Of a DNA stretch of 25,513 bases, positions 16,331 to 25,446 are shown piece by piece. Under the pieces are notes generated by a model that worked only from the letters and a program-made list of their open reading frames with translations, was not told the origin of the DNA and did not search any database. The DNA comes from a virus (taxonomy: Duplodnaviria; Caudoviricetes), in IMG/VR virus record IMGVR_UViG_3300011335_000091, positions 1-25,513 of that record. One strand, written 5' to 3'. Position 1 is the first letter of the stretch, and every line of letters starts with the position of its first letter. Made by a program: the position numbers and the translations under genes.

Positions 16331-16488
16331 TAGCGCACCGCCTTAGATGATGCGTGACGGCCGACGGCTTTGCCGCGCTGGTAGCCGTCTTTGTGGCCTT
16401 CTTTGTATCCGACTGCATAGCTGCAAATCGCCCAAAGTATGCAAGCTATTGCCATGAGGACAAATAGCCCGATTTCACTTGTTGTCAT
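16330..16488 (-). CDS. Small membrane-anchored GxxxG-repeat protein
   Basis: TCGGGAGC site before ATG 16488; TM then GYKEGHKDGYQRG. Confidence 0.7.
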   Translation of the reverse strand: MTTSEIGLFVLMAIACILWAICSYAVGYKEGHKDGYQRGKAVGRHASSKAVR

Positions 16489-16492
16489 TTTT

Positions 16493-16590
16493 GCTCCCGA
16501 TTCTGAGAGCTGCGAACCAGCTCCCGAATTACAGAGTGACACGCATGGCCGACAAATTCAAGATTCCCGCCTAAGAATCGGCGTGTCGGT
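16493..16590 (-). promoter_or_regulatory. Early promoter region with GACAC motifs and a 5'-UTR hairpin
   Basis: TTGAAT-N17-CACTCT; hairpin GGGAGCUG/CAGCUCUC; GACAC at 16538, GACAA at 16551, GTGTC at 16583. Confidence 0.5.
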
Positions 16591-16787
16591 TACTTCTTCA
16601 GAGCCAATTCCAGAATCAATTGATTCAGCCGTTCTTCAATCCTGCTCACTTGGTCTTTGATTGAATTGCCCCCATTGGGCATCAGCTCCCGCATGATCGA
16701 TTTCACCATGAATCTCATTGACGAATAGATGGCAGTCAGCACCGCAAGAACAAGCCCACCGACCGCCGTCCATTCGCCTACGCTCAC
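16590..16787 (-). CDS. Small membrane protein of the lysis cassette
   Basis: Homologue of 2481-2675 (EW.AV.G...AIYS...KSIM.EL.PN.G.S). Confidence 0.75.
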   Translation of the reverse strand: MSVGEWTAVGGLVLAVLTAIYSSMRFMVKSIMRELMPNGGNSIKDQVSRIEERLNQLILELALKK

Positions 16788-16966
16788 TTCTTGTTGCCGA
16801 AACTTACGTCATTTGGATTAGCCCATCGAGCAAGTACCGGAACAAGTCCAGCCACTAGACCCAAGGCCAAATCCTTTGGATTGGTATTGCCAGTCATATA
16901 GACGGCCAATGCGCCGGCGACTGAGCTTCTTGCCCATGATGCCAGCATTGCTTTTGCTTGATCCAT
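16784..16966 (-). CDS. Putative holin
   Basis: Homologue of 2675-2863 (AK.MLASW.RS...RW.NPND..FG). Confidence 0.7.
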   Translation of the reverse strand: MDQAKAMLASWARSSVAGALAVYMTGNTNPKDLALGLVAGLVPVLARWANPNDVSFGNKK

Positions 16967-17436
16967 TAGTTGTCTCCTTTGTTCAAGCTCCCGATGAGTG
17001 CCGCGACTTTCGCTTCACTCAATTCGATTTCGAAGTGCATCTCATCTTTTCGGTTTCGATAATCTCCACCCCATTTGAGGCCGTATTTCTTAGCCAAAGC
17101 TTTAATCATTGGAACCTTCTCAGCTGGGAACGTGCTAGCTTTGCCAAGCGGATGCTGTGTGGCGTTTAGATCGATGGCAGTGCCAGAGCTGTGATTGCTC
17201 AATGTGTCAGTCGAGCCACGTACCATGCGAAACGCATAACCCCAATCATCAAGCTTGCCTTCATCAATCGGTTCAATCAGCTCATTGAATTCTTTGCAGA
17301 ATCCAGCAATCAATGGTGCAACGGCTTTGGCGCATCGCACCTTGATTTTTGTTCCTTCAATTGGAACGCTGATGATGTGGATTTCAGCTGCATCTTTAGA
17401 TGCCGGCCATCCGTTATGACTCTGTAACTGATTCAT
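16966..17436 (-). CDS. Endolysin, peptidase M15 family
   Basis: LSNHSSGTAIDLNA, WGGDY, DEMHFE. Confidence 0.9.
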   Translation of the reverse strand: MNQLQSHNGWPASKDAAEIHIISVPIEGTKIKVRCAKAVAPLIAGFCKEFNELIEPIDEGKLDDWGYAFRMVRGSTDTLSNHSSGTAIDLNATQHPLGKASTFPAEKVPMIKALAKKYGLKWGGDYRNRKDEMHFEIELSEAKVAALIGSLNKGDN

Positions 17437-17677
17437 CAATTATTACTTTTTCAACAATTGGAATAGGTGTGACAAAAACATCTTTTTTCTTGTCATAAAT
17501 GTCACCGATTCCAGCATACTTACCGCGAATGTTGCCATTGTAGGAAGTCTGAATCCATGTGCCGCCAAGACCTAAATCAATGGCCAAGAAATCTTGACCT
17601 CGATCTTGATGCTCATCGGCTACAACAAGAACTCGAACAACAATTGAGTCTTTGTCTATCTCTGCAAAATGTGCCAC
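17414..17677 (-). CDS. Small tail-associated protein (AHFAE... type)
   Basis: AAGGAG RBS, GTG start; W.QTSYN..IR..YAGIG..YD...D.F motif after the Gly-rich tail gene. Confidence 0.7.
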   Translation of the reverse strand: MAHFAEIDKDSIVVRVLVVADEHQDRGQDFLAIDLGLGGTWIQTSYNGNIRGKYAGIGDIYDKKKDVFVTPIPIVEKVIIDESVTES

Positions 17678-17686
17678 TTTATCTCC

Positions 17687-18439
17687 TTATTGTTGCCATG
17701 TAATAATGCAATAACCCGAACCACCATTTGAACCTGCTCCAGTGATAGCAGTAGCAACAGAGACACCTATGCCACCATTGCCAGTATTGGCTCCAGCATT
17801 GACAAAGGTTCGAGTGTAAGCATTGAACATTCCACTGCCACCTGCGCCGTAACCATACATTCCAGGCCCACTATTCGGAACTGGATTGGCACCGCTGTCG
17901 ATTATATTATTGGCCGCACCACCTGCGCCACCGCCGCCGGCTGATTGCGAACCACTGGAATTCTGACCAGCTCCGCCACCTGAACCACTTGATCCACCTG
18001 TTCCACCTGCGCCGCGATTTGTTGCACCGCCGGGATTACCGCCGCCGTAAGCATTTGTGCCGGCCGTACCATTACCGCCCGGATTTATTTCGCTGCCGCC
18101 ATATCCACCGCCGCCGGCAACAAGTAATGAACCAAAACTGGAATTAGTGCCGTTGCTTCCGTTGTTTGACCCGGCTGCGCCACCTGCGCCACCGCCACCG
18201 ATCGTTACTGAATAGACTGTTCCGGGAACTACTGCAAGAGTTTTTTTCACTACTTGGCCACCGCCACCGCCACCGCTTGATCGGTTGGCAGTTGCCGGAA
18301 CACCACCTGAACCGCCACCACCTGCAACGAGCAGACATTCAACAGCTACGACACCGGCTGGCGCGGTCCAGCTAGTTGATCCTGTTGTAAATTCTTGAGT
18401 TTTAGTGACCTGAAAAGCAGGAATACGAGTGACGCTCAT
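17687..18439 (-). CDS. Glycine-rich tail fibre/tip protein
   Basis: FT.GS.SWTAPAGV..VE.LLVAGGGG...GGSG..II.W glycine-rich domain. Confidence 0.8.
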   Translation of the reverse strand: MSVTRIPAFQVTKTQEFTTGSTSWTAPAGVVAVECLLVAGGGGSGGVPATANRSSGGGGGGQVVKKTLAVVPGTVYSVTIGGGGAGGAAGSNNGSNGTNSSFGSLLVAGGGGYGGSEINPGGNGTAGTNAYGGGNPGGATNRGAGGTGGSSGSGGGAGQNSSGSQSAGGGGAGGAANNIIDSGANPVPNSGPGMYGYGAGGSGMFNAYTRTFVNAGANTGNGGIGVSVATAITGAGSNGGSGYCIITWQQ

Positions 18440-18765
18440 GTGAGTTGCGTTCCAAATGCGCTGAATGCAACATTTGCAGTTGAAGCATAAACACGAATTA
18501 CATCTGCTGCGCCAAGTGATATGCCAAGAGTCATGGTGATAAACCCGCTGCCCGGAACTGTGACATCATAAGCGATATATTGTTTTGCAGTTATTGCTAA
18601 ACCAGCAACGGCCGTTGAGACTCTGAACGTGGCATCTGTTGCAGCTAGATTTGCCACTGTAATCGTGGAAACAATTGTAGTTGTTAATGCCGGCACTGTA
18701 TAGAGATCGGTAGATGTAGTTGCAGCGGGATTAGATTGCCCAAGTATTTTGTAAGTAGTTGCCAT
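18436..18765 (-). CDS. Small beta-rich tail protein
   Basis: YKILGQ..PAATT...LYTVP...FSAFG; located in the tail-tip module. Confidence 0.7.
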   Translation of the reverse strand: MATTYKILGQSNPAATTSTDLYTVPALTTTIVSTITVANLAATDATFRVSTAVAGLAITAKQYIAYDVTVPGSGFITMTLGISLGAADVIRVYASTANVAFSAFGTQLT

Positions 18766-18768
18766 GAT

Positions 18769-18984
18769 TTATGCTCCCATGAGTAGGAATGGATTGATTA
18801 GCCCAGCGATAGTTGCATTGATTGTTACAATTGAACCTTCTGCTGATGTCACTCTTAAATCGATTGAATAAACTGTATTTTCAATGGCATTACCCATTGC
18901 CGTAATAGCGGTCGCGCCATTTTTTACAAAATCACTGGACGTCGGTTCGGGCCATCCATAAATCGGCGATGTCGTTGCCATCAA
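18769..18984 (-). CDS. Short tail-fibre anchor protein
   Basis: TSPIYGWPEPTSSDFV..GA.AI..MG.AI resembles the N-terminus of the unit A fibre (TSNFGWQMPEPTDLV). Confidence 0.7.
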   Translation of the reverse strand: MMATTSPIYGWPEPTSSDFVKNGATAITAMGNAIENTVYSIDLRVTSAEGSIVTINATIAGLINPFLLMGA

Positions 18985-18990
18985 ATCTCC

Positions 18991-20145
18991 TTAATTGTCG
19001 AATGTGGCCCATGTTACCGTTGCGCCTACGGCTGACCATATAAGGCTCGCCGATACATCTTGCCAGCGAGTCGGCGTGAGTGAAAAGGTTGCATCGCTTG
19101 TGGCAACGCTGAGGAACATTTCTGTTCGAGTAAATGACAAATTCCAGCCTTCTACAAAGCCTTTGTAGGTAACTGGAGATATGGGAACGGGCAATCCTGT
19201 AATTTGGATGGGCAGACCCATAGAAACATCAATGAGCAAATCCCGGTCAGCATTGGTAAGTGCGCTTGAGGCCATGGCAATTGTAAAGCTGGAAAGTGAA
19301 GTCTGTGGCTGGGAACGTAATGAGACATAGCGATCAGCTTGAATTTGCGCTTCTGCCACCAAATCCAATTCCGTTGAAACCGATGAGGCAATTTCGCCAT
19401 AAGAGGCAATAGATGTTGCATCGCTGGAAGTGACGTTGCCGACATCGTAGGAAAGAACAATTGAATTGAGAATGTCATTGAGTGTGCGATTGGATGTAAT
19501 GCCACGCCAAAGAATGTATGACTCTGGGATGTTTGTGTAGCCGTAGGTTTGGACATAAGTAGTCCGATGAGCTTCATTGGCATACCCGACTTTTCCATCA
19601 GTCGTTTCGTAAATATAGCCAAAAGCCATTTGAGCATACAAAGCTGCAAGCGTGTAGCCATCATTGGCACCAGCTGCTCTAGCCGCAAATTTGTAATCAC
19701 CCGGCGTATCGACAACATCAATGGTCACGCCTGTTTCAGTCAAAATTGCCAAAAGTCTTGCATCGTCGTATTGAGCCGGATATGGCGTAAGCCCAACGAC
19801 TCTGCGAGCCATATCTGCAAAAGGTGCAATGGCTGTGATTGTCTGGATTGCCGCTTCACCCGATGCACCGACTGCCGACATTTGATTTGACACATCGGTC
19901 AGTCTGCCTGTAAATACTGTCTGTGGAACACCCGATGAATTATCTACTGTGATGACTATTGGATCATTGATTTCAAATCCATTGTTGGCATTGTTGGTGA
20001 CTAAGATTTCAATTCTTGCATACCCGGCTCTAGCCTGTTCCCAAATGTTTGTTCGGCCGTAATAAATTGAAACAGAATTGATTGAATTTGCGGTGAAATC
20101 TACGCCATCAATTGTGACTGTTCCATTGGGAATGTAACTAGACAT
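18991..20145 (-). CDS. Minor tail / baseplate hub protein
   Basis: Homologue of 4462-5709. Confidence 0.8.
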   Translation of the reverse strand: MSSYIPNGTVTIDGVDFTANSINSVSIYYGRTNIWEQARAGYARIEILVTNNANNGFEINDPIVITVDNSSGVPQTVFTGRLTDVSNQMSAVGASGEAAIQTITAIAPFADMARRVVGLTPYPAQYDDARLLAILTETGVTIDVVDTPGDYKFAARAAGANDGYTLAALYAQMAFGYIYETTDGKVGYANEAHRTTYVQTYGYTNIPESYILWRGITSNRTLNDILNSIVLSYDVGNVTSSDATSIASYGEIASSVSTELDLVAEAQIQADRYVSLRSQPQTSLSSFTIAMASSALTNADRDLLIDVSMGLPIQITGLPVPISPVTYKGFVEGWNLSFTRTEMFLSVATSDATFSLTPTRWQDVSASLIWSAVGATVTWATFDN

Positions 20146-21641
20146 TACAAACCTGTAAGAATTCGGCTCTGTCCAAGTGTGCTAAATGATCCACTTGTTG
20201 TGGCTTCGTTGCCAAGAACATCATTGATGGCTCTGGCTGTTCCAATCGGATCAATTGCTCCATTGACTGTGATGTTGATTCTTGCTGCGTTCTGTGAATC
20301 GGTAAATCCACCGCCGCCGGCTGCTACTAAACGAGCGGCATTTTGTGAGTCAGTAAATGCACCGCCGGCTCTAGCTGCACTGGCCGCTGCTGAGCTGATT
20401 CCGGATGGCGTAGTTGAGCCACCTGCACTTCCACCGCCGCCAGTATCGCCACCAGCACCGCTGGAAGTGATTTTCCTAGTGCTTCCATTGATAGCACCCG
20501 GTGATCCACTTGTGGCAAATGTTGTTTCGCCATCGCTTTGATTTGCCAAAGCATTTGCAGCGGCCAAGACACCAGCTGCCAAGGCAACCGCGCCTACACC
20601 CAACAATGGATTTAAGGCAAAAGCTGATGCAACACCTGCAACGATTGCTGAGGCTTTGAGTAAATTATAGGCTTTGATTAAAGTCTGAATCAAGGCAATA
20701 GTCGTCATAACTGCTGCGCTAATTTTAGAGACTACAAAAACAGTTGCAATAACGCCACCTACAATGATTAGTTGATCTTTCAATTCAACAACAGTATCTA
20801 TAACACTTCTGACTTTTTTACCCCATTGAACAGCCTTCAATTCCGATTCGCTCAAGCTAGTAGTGACACCATCTTGTCCAGTCAGACCATTGACAAATTG
20901 TTGCAATACTGGCACGACCTCAGCCAAAATAAATGCTGAAAATTGTTGAACAACCGGCAAAAGTGCCGAACCAATTTGTTCATTAAGTTCATCAACAGCG
21001 ATTTTAATTCTTGCAAATCCTTTTTCCGTACTGTTGGCTTCATTTTCTGCAAAGCCACCAAATGTGCCAGTCAGCGATTGAAAGACTAAATCAAAATCTT
21101 TTGACTTGAGAATTGATGCATCTATGCCTAAACCCAGCCGTCCGAGAGCTGTTAAATTGCCGTCATAGGCTTTTCCTAAAGCATTGGCAACAGCCTCTAA
21201 AGGCTTGCCGGTAGCTGATGAAATATCTAAAGCCAAATTTAATAATTTTTGAGCTTCCTCAACATCTTTAGTTGATCTAGTTAAACGGGCAAATGCTGGG
21301 CGCAATTCATCGTCTGTGATACCAATTGCCAAGGATGTCGTGGAGATGTATTTTTCCACACCTCTAATTTGTTCAGCCGTTGCATTAGTAGTGTTTTCAA
21401 TTGTTAAAGCAAGATTGCGTTGTGCCTTTTCGTCAGCCGCTGCATTTTCAATAGCTTGTTTAGCAAATGCACCAATAGCAGCTCCAGCAGCGGCAAATGC
21501 CAAAGCCGCCTTCTTGCCAAAATCGGTAAATTGGTCGCCAATAGATTCAGTATCTTTGCCGGCTGTCTTGATGCCCTTTGTAAATTCAGCAACGTCTGCA
21601 AGTAAAGAGAGCTTAAGCGTTCTTGATCCTTGAGCAGCCAT
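20145..21641 (-). CDS. Tape measure protein (498 aa)
   Basis: Homologue of 5706-7187 (GSRTLKLS, FGKKAALAFAAAG, LALDISSATGKPLEAVANALGKAYDGN). Confidence 0.88.
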   Translation of the reverse strand: MAAQGSRTLKLSLLADVAEFTKGIKTAGKDTESIGDQFTDFGKKAALAFAAAGAAIGAFAKQAIENAAADEKAQRNLALTIENTTNATAEQIRGVEKYISTTSLAIGITDDELRPAFARLTRSTKDVEEAQKLLNLALDISSATGKPLEAVANALGKAYDGNLTALGRLGLGIDASILKSKDFDLVFQSLTGTFGGFAENEANSTEKGFARIKIAVDELNEQIGSALLPVVQQFSAFILAEVVPVLQQFVNGLTGQDGVTTSLSESELKAVQWGKKVRSVIDTVVELKDQLIIVGGVIATVFVVSKISAAVMTTIALIQTLIKAYNLLKASAIVAGVASAFALNPLLGVGAVALAAGVLAAANALANQSDGETTFATSGSPGAINGSTRKITSSGAGGDTGGGGSAGGSTTPSGISSAAASAARAGGAFTDSQNAARLVAAGGGGFTDSQNAARINITVNGAIDPIGTARAINDVLGNEATTSGSFSTLGQSRILTGL

Positions 21642-22091
21642 TTACCACACCTTAACAATCTGTGAGAATGCTTCTTGCCATTGAGCAATTATCTGTGGCT
21701 GTTCAGCTTTAAGCGTTGGATAAATAAACCAGCCTTTAGAGCCGCGACCTTCACGACCTGACCAGATTGGAAATTGCTTGAATTTGTTTGAACCAAATTC
21801 ATAACCGCCCCAAAGCTGCTGAGTTGTTGCACCGCCCGAGAATTTCTGCGATGCAAAGCCAAATGACATTTCGCCAATCTTAGATGATTTGCTCACGCGT
21901 GAGCCTTCGGCAATGCGACTTGATGCTTTGTCTCGGCCTTGAGATTTAGAAATAATTTTGCCTTGAAGATAAGTGGCAAGCCCACCAGAGACAGATTTGG
22001 CTTTTGTGACAGCTTCATCATCCATTCCTTTGAATGCAAAGATAATGGATCGCAGTTCGGCTTTATCGAAAGCGACTACATCTTCAGCCAT
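21642..22091 (-). CDS. Putative neck/tail-completion protein (HK97 gp10-like)
   Basis: Homologue of 7187-7636; start reassigned to ATG 22091. Confidence 0.65.
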   Translation of the reverse strand: MAEDVVAFDKAELRSIIFAFKGMDDEAVTKAKSVSGGLATYLQGKIISKSQGRDKASSRIAEGSRVSKSSKIGEMSFGFASQKFSGGATTQQLWGGYEFGSNKFKQFPIWSGREGRGSKGWFIYPTLKAEQPQIIAQWQEAFSQIVKVW

Positions 22092-22469
22092 TCTTTTTCT
22101 CCAATATCTCAATCGCTGTAAGTATATCTTCCGCGCTTTCCCATTCTCTCATTGGTATGCCGGTCGCGATTGCGACCTCAACCAATAATCGTCCTATACT
22201 TCCGCGTTCATGACTTTTGGGTCAGCTTCTCCCACCTTTACATCCAAGACACCTTCACACCAAATCTCATAAGGTTTGACCGCTTTTCCGGCTGATTCGC
22301 GCTTCATAGCGTGATAAGCCAAGAACATGAGATCAGAAATTCCCATCTTTTCTTGCGCTTGTCCAATAGTGAATCCAGTCTTTGTCTCCCATTTCATCCA
22401 CTCTGGCGGCTGCGCCGTATAGATTTCAGAATCCCCTGTTGTGTATTCGATTGTGATTGGTAGTTTCAT
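22084..22469 (-). CDS. Tail assembly chaperone, long form via -1 frameshift
   Basis: C CCA AAA at 22215-22221; -1 frame gives SHERGSIGRLLVEVAIATGIPMREWESAEDILTAIEILEKKNG*. Confidence 0.8.
22194..22469 (-). CDS. Tail assembly chaperone, short form
   Basis: Homologue of 7742-8017. Confidence 0.8.
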   Translation of the reverse strand: MKLPITIEYTTGDSEIYTAQPPEWMKWETKTGFTIGQAQEKMGISDLMFLAYHAMKRESAGKAVKPYEIWCEGVLDVKVGEADPKVMNAEV

Positions 22470-22485
22470 GCTCCCGGCTCCTTTG

Positions 22486-22887
22486 TTAGCTAATTGTTAA
22501 GACTGGTGTGGTCACGCAAGTAAATGCAAGCGATACTGTTTGAGCATCTGGTGCAGTTCCACCGGCTGATGGCAAGATTGGCTGAACATTGAATGCAAAT
22601 GATGCACCAGTGTCGGCAACAAATACCACTGGAAGTCCTGTGTTTGGTGCATTTGTTGCAGCTGTCCAAAGTGCTTCGCACAATGATGATGGTGCGCCCC
22701 AATCTGCAAGCATTTCAACAGCAAATGATCCCTGTGTATCAGAGGTCAAATATGCTTTTCCATCAAGTGTCTGATATGTGTTGATTGTTGAATCGACTGT
22801 TAAAGTCGCTGAAGTAGCTTGGGCATCGAAATCATCACTGTCGATTGTGAAGTGAATATCTCTGCCTGTGATGATTGTTGTTGCCAT
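22486..22887 (-). CDS. Major tail (tube) protein
   Basis: Homologue of 8043-8441. Confidence 0.8.
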   Translation of the reverse strand: MATTIITGRDIHFTIDSDDFDAQATSATLTVDSTINTYQTLDGKAYLTSDTQGSFAVEMLADWGAPSSLCEALWTAATNAPNTGLPVVFVADTGASFAFNVQPILPSAGGTAPDAQTVSLAFTCVTTPVLTIS

Positions 22888-22898
22888 GAGTTTTCTCC

Positions 22899-23273
22899 TT
22901 AGTCGGTGTAATACGTTGATACTTGCAAATCAGCTGTCAAGAATTTTCCTGCGCCGACTTCCAAAGGGTTTGGTGAGCTAACATCGCCGACGACGTACCC
23001 AGCCGGCATGGTGGAAATAATTTCAATCATTAAATCTTCAAGATTGGTCAAAGCTGCTGCATTGCTGGAATAACCGACAACGCCGGTGATGAGCATATTG
23101 ATTTTGACTTTTGTCGTTGATCCATTGATAAGAGTGCTTTCCAAATATGGTGAGTCTGGCACTAAAACTATGCTTGGGCTAGTCATTGCCTCTGGAATGC
23201 CATTATAGACATTGGCTGCAATTGTTGAAAGAGTAGTCTGCAATGGTGTTCTGATGTCGGCTTCGATTGTCAT
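22899..23273 (-). CDS. Putative tail terminator / head-tail joining protein
   Basis: Homologue of 8456-8836; ATGA overlap supports start 23273. Confidence 0.65.
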   Translation of the reverse strand: MTIEADIRTPLQTTLSTIAANVYNGIPEAMTSPSIVLVPDSPYLESTLINGSTTKVKINMLITGVVGYSSNAAALTNLEDLMIEIISTMPAGYVVGDVSSPNPLEVGAGKFLTADLQVSTYYTD

Positions 23274-23851
23274 AGACACATCGTTTCGACTTCAAGAAAT
23301 GGCCCAAGCAAGCCCACTATGCGACTTGTCAAGCTGCGACCAAGAACGAATGGCGATGGCTGAAATGCATCGCTCATGATTTGATTTCCCGGTGCTGTAA
23401 CGCTTTGGAATACTTCAACAGCGACAACAAGAATGGCTGACTTAATGGGAGCAACGCCAGAATATAAATCGCCGGCGGTTGCCCCATCAATACACGCAAG
23501 CCCGCTCGGAATGATTGGGATGGTGTATGTGCTGTCTGCTTCGCCCGTTGCAGACGTAAAGACCATTGGCGCAATGCGATCGTCGGTGACTGTCACTGTT
23601 GCGTCGTAAATGCCGCATCCGGTAATGACGACATCTTGACCTGGCACAAAATAATTTACGCGCTGAGTTCCGTAATAGGCAATTGAATTTTCTACAAAGA
23701 CTTCTGTGACTGCCGATTGATATCCAGTAAGCAATGGCAGAATTGTCAGCTCTGCGCTCTCAATCATCTGCTCAAGATATGCATTTGAATAAAGAGAAAC
23801 AGAAACGCCAAGAATGGATCGCAGTTCTGCTGCGGTGACAATTTGTGGCAT
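23270..23851 (-). CDS. Head-to-tail adaptor
   Basis: Homologue of 8833-9411. Confidence 0.7.
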   Translation of the reverse strand: MPQIVTAAELRSILGVSVSLYSNAYLEQMIESAELTILPLLTGYQSAVTEVFVENSIAYYGTQRVNYFVPGQDVVITGCGIYDATVTVTDDRIAPMVFTSATGEADSTYTIPIIPSGLACIDGATAGDLYSGVAPIKSAILVVAVEVFQSVTAPGNQIMSDAFQPSPFVLGRSLTSRIVGLLGPFLEVETMCL

Positions 23852-23870
23852 TTCCGTTCCCTTCTACTGC

Positions 23871-23900
23871 TCGACCACATCCGGGAGCGGCTGTGGCCGA
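23871..23900 (-). promoter_or_regulatory. Post-capsid RNA hairpin with GCUCCCGG loop
   Basis: UCGGCCACA/UGUGGUCGA 9-bp stem. Confidence 0.65.
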
Positions 23901-23910
23901 TGATTAGTTA

Positions 23911-25446
23911 TTAGGTGAAATTAAATAGATTTCCACCAGCTGCAATTTTTGTGGCGCATGCACCATAAGAATTGAGGCTGATTTCAACAGTTCCGTCAGA
24001 TGGCTTATTGACATCAAGACGATAATTGCCGCTTTCATACCATGTAAATGCGTCTGGCTCAAGAACGACCATTGAATCATCGCCTGTTCCAGTAAATTCA
24101 CCTGAATTATCGACGAAGAAATTAAGCCCCAGCACTACGCCGCGTTGTGACTGACCTGTAACAAGACCAGCCTGATTTTGTGGCTGGTAAGCATTGAACA
24201 ATGGTGTTCCATTGTCGTTGTAACCCATGATGTTTGACCATTGTCCCGGTGACACCAAGATGTTACGTGCAAAGCGTTGTGTTCCTGCATAAACAGCTGC
24301 GTTTGCGCGGCTGACGTATGCAATTAAACCAGCTGCTGTGTTAGCTGTTGGTGTTCCATCTGATGCTGCATCTGCCTTGATTTGATTTGCAACATACTTG
24401 TTCTGAGAAAACGCCATGGCTGATCCCATGATGCGAACAAGCTCATTAAAGAAATCTGGTGAGCTGCGCTCAATGATTTCCGTCGTCAATAGGTTGCGAC
24501 CTGCAAAGCGCGTGATTGGGACTGAAATGAAACTTGAATTTACATCGGTATTTGTTACCGCGCCATTTTCTGCAACTGGATCAACTTCTGCAATTTGTGT
24601 GATTTTTGGGATTTCAAATTGAAGCCCGGAATCTGGCAATGTGCCGCGAGAAATTGCATCAATTGCTCCACGTGTTCCATTACTCAAGCCGTTAATGACT
24701 TCAGTGAGCTGACGTGTTGGATTGAATGCTGGGTTTGTTGAACCTAGATTGTCATTTGTTGCTGCAATGTAAATTGCAGAATCTGACATTGGATTCAACT
24801 TTGCCTTGATTGAATGCTCCATCCATGACCCAAGATTGACAATTGGGTTGCGTGGTGAAGTGAAATATGGTGCTGGCTTGTTAGCTTGCACGACGTTCTG
24901 TGAAGCCTCTACCGATTCAACGGCTAATGCTTCTGTTTTTTCGGTAGTGGTATCCACTGCGTCTCCTTCGGTTGGTGTTTCTTCTGGTATGACTTCGGTA
25001 GTCGCTGCGACATGACTGACGCGAGCTTCATCGAATGCTGGGTTGTGTGTTAATGCGACGCCGACCAAAGTCGCTGAATTGACGACCATTGTGCCGTCCT
25101 CATTAAATCCATGGTCTGCGACATTTGCTTCAACTGAGAATCCATCGCGAAGTCCATCCATCGCTTCTTGGATTGCATCTGAGCCGGCTGTGGTCTTTGA
25201 AATCTTAAACGTGGCATTGATTGACTTGCCATCTGGTGCAAGCTCCATTGATAGTGTCTTTCCAATTGGTCGCTTTGAATCGTGTTCAAGATTTAGCTTG
25301 ACCGATGCTGGAATTAATGAACCGGATTTGAATAATACTTTTCCGGTTGATGCATTTGCTGGCGTATCGAATTGCACAATTTGGCCAGTGATAGTGCGTT
25401 CTTCTGAATCGGCCGCTGTGATTGTGAATGGTGTTAATACCTTCAT
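23911..25446 (-). CDS. Fused prohead protease - major capsid protein
   Basis: Homologue of 9475-11022 along its full length. Confidence 0.9.
   Translation of the reverse strand: MKVLTPFTITAADSEERTITGQIVQFDTPANASTGKVLFKSGSLIPASVKLNLEHDSKRPIGKTLSMELAPDGKSINATFKISKTTAGSDAIQEAMDGLRDGFSVEANVADHGFNEDGTMVVNSATLVGVALTHNPAFDEARVSHVAATTEVIPEETPTEGDAVDTTTEKTEALAVESVEASQNVVQANKPAPYFTSPRNPIVNLGSWMEHSIKAKLNPMSDSAIYIAATNDNLGSTNPAFNPTRQLTEVINGLSNGTRGAIDAISRGTLPDSGLQFEIPKITQIAEVDPVAENGAVTNTDVNSSFISVPITRFAGRNLLTTEIIERSSPDFFNELVRIMGSAMAFSQNKYVANQIKADAASDGTPTANTAAGLIAYVSRANAAVYAGTQRFARNILVSPGQWSNIMGYNDNGTPLFNAYQPQNQAGLVTGQSQRGVVLGLNFFVDNSGEFTGTGDDSMVVLEPDAFTWYESGNYRLDVNKPSDGTVEISLNSYGACATKIAAGGNLFNFT

Noticed and set aside
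16685-16994. Extra GCTCCCG copies in unit B coding sequence (16685, 16987)
   Set aside because: No counterparts in unit A, so not counted as evidence for the hairpin-target model, though the copy about 20 nt upstream of the holin start may merit a check.
17900-18330. GCCACCGCC-type repeats as CRISPR or DNA repeat array
   Set aside because: They are glycine codons of the Gly-rich tail protein, with no constant repeat-spacer period.
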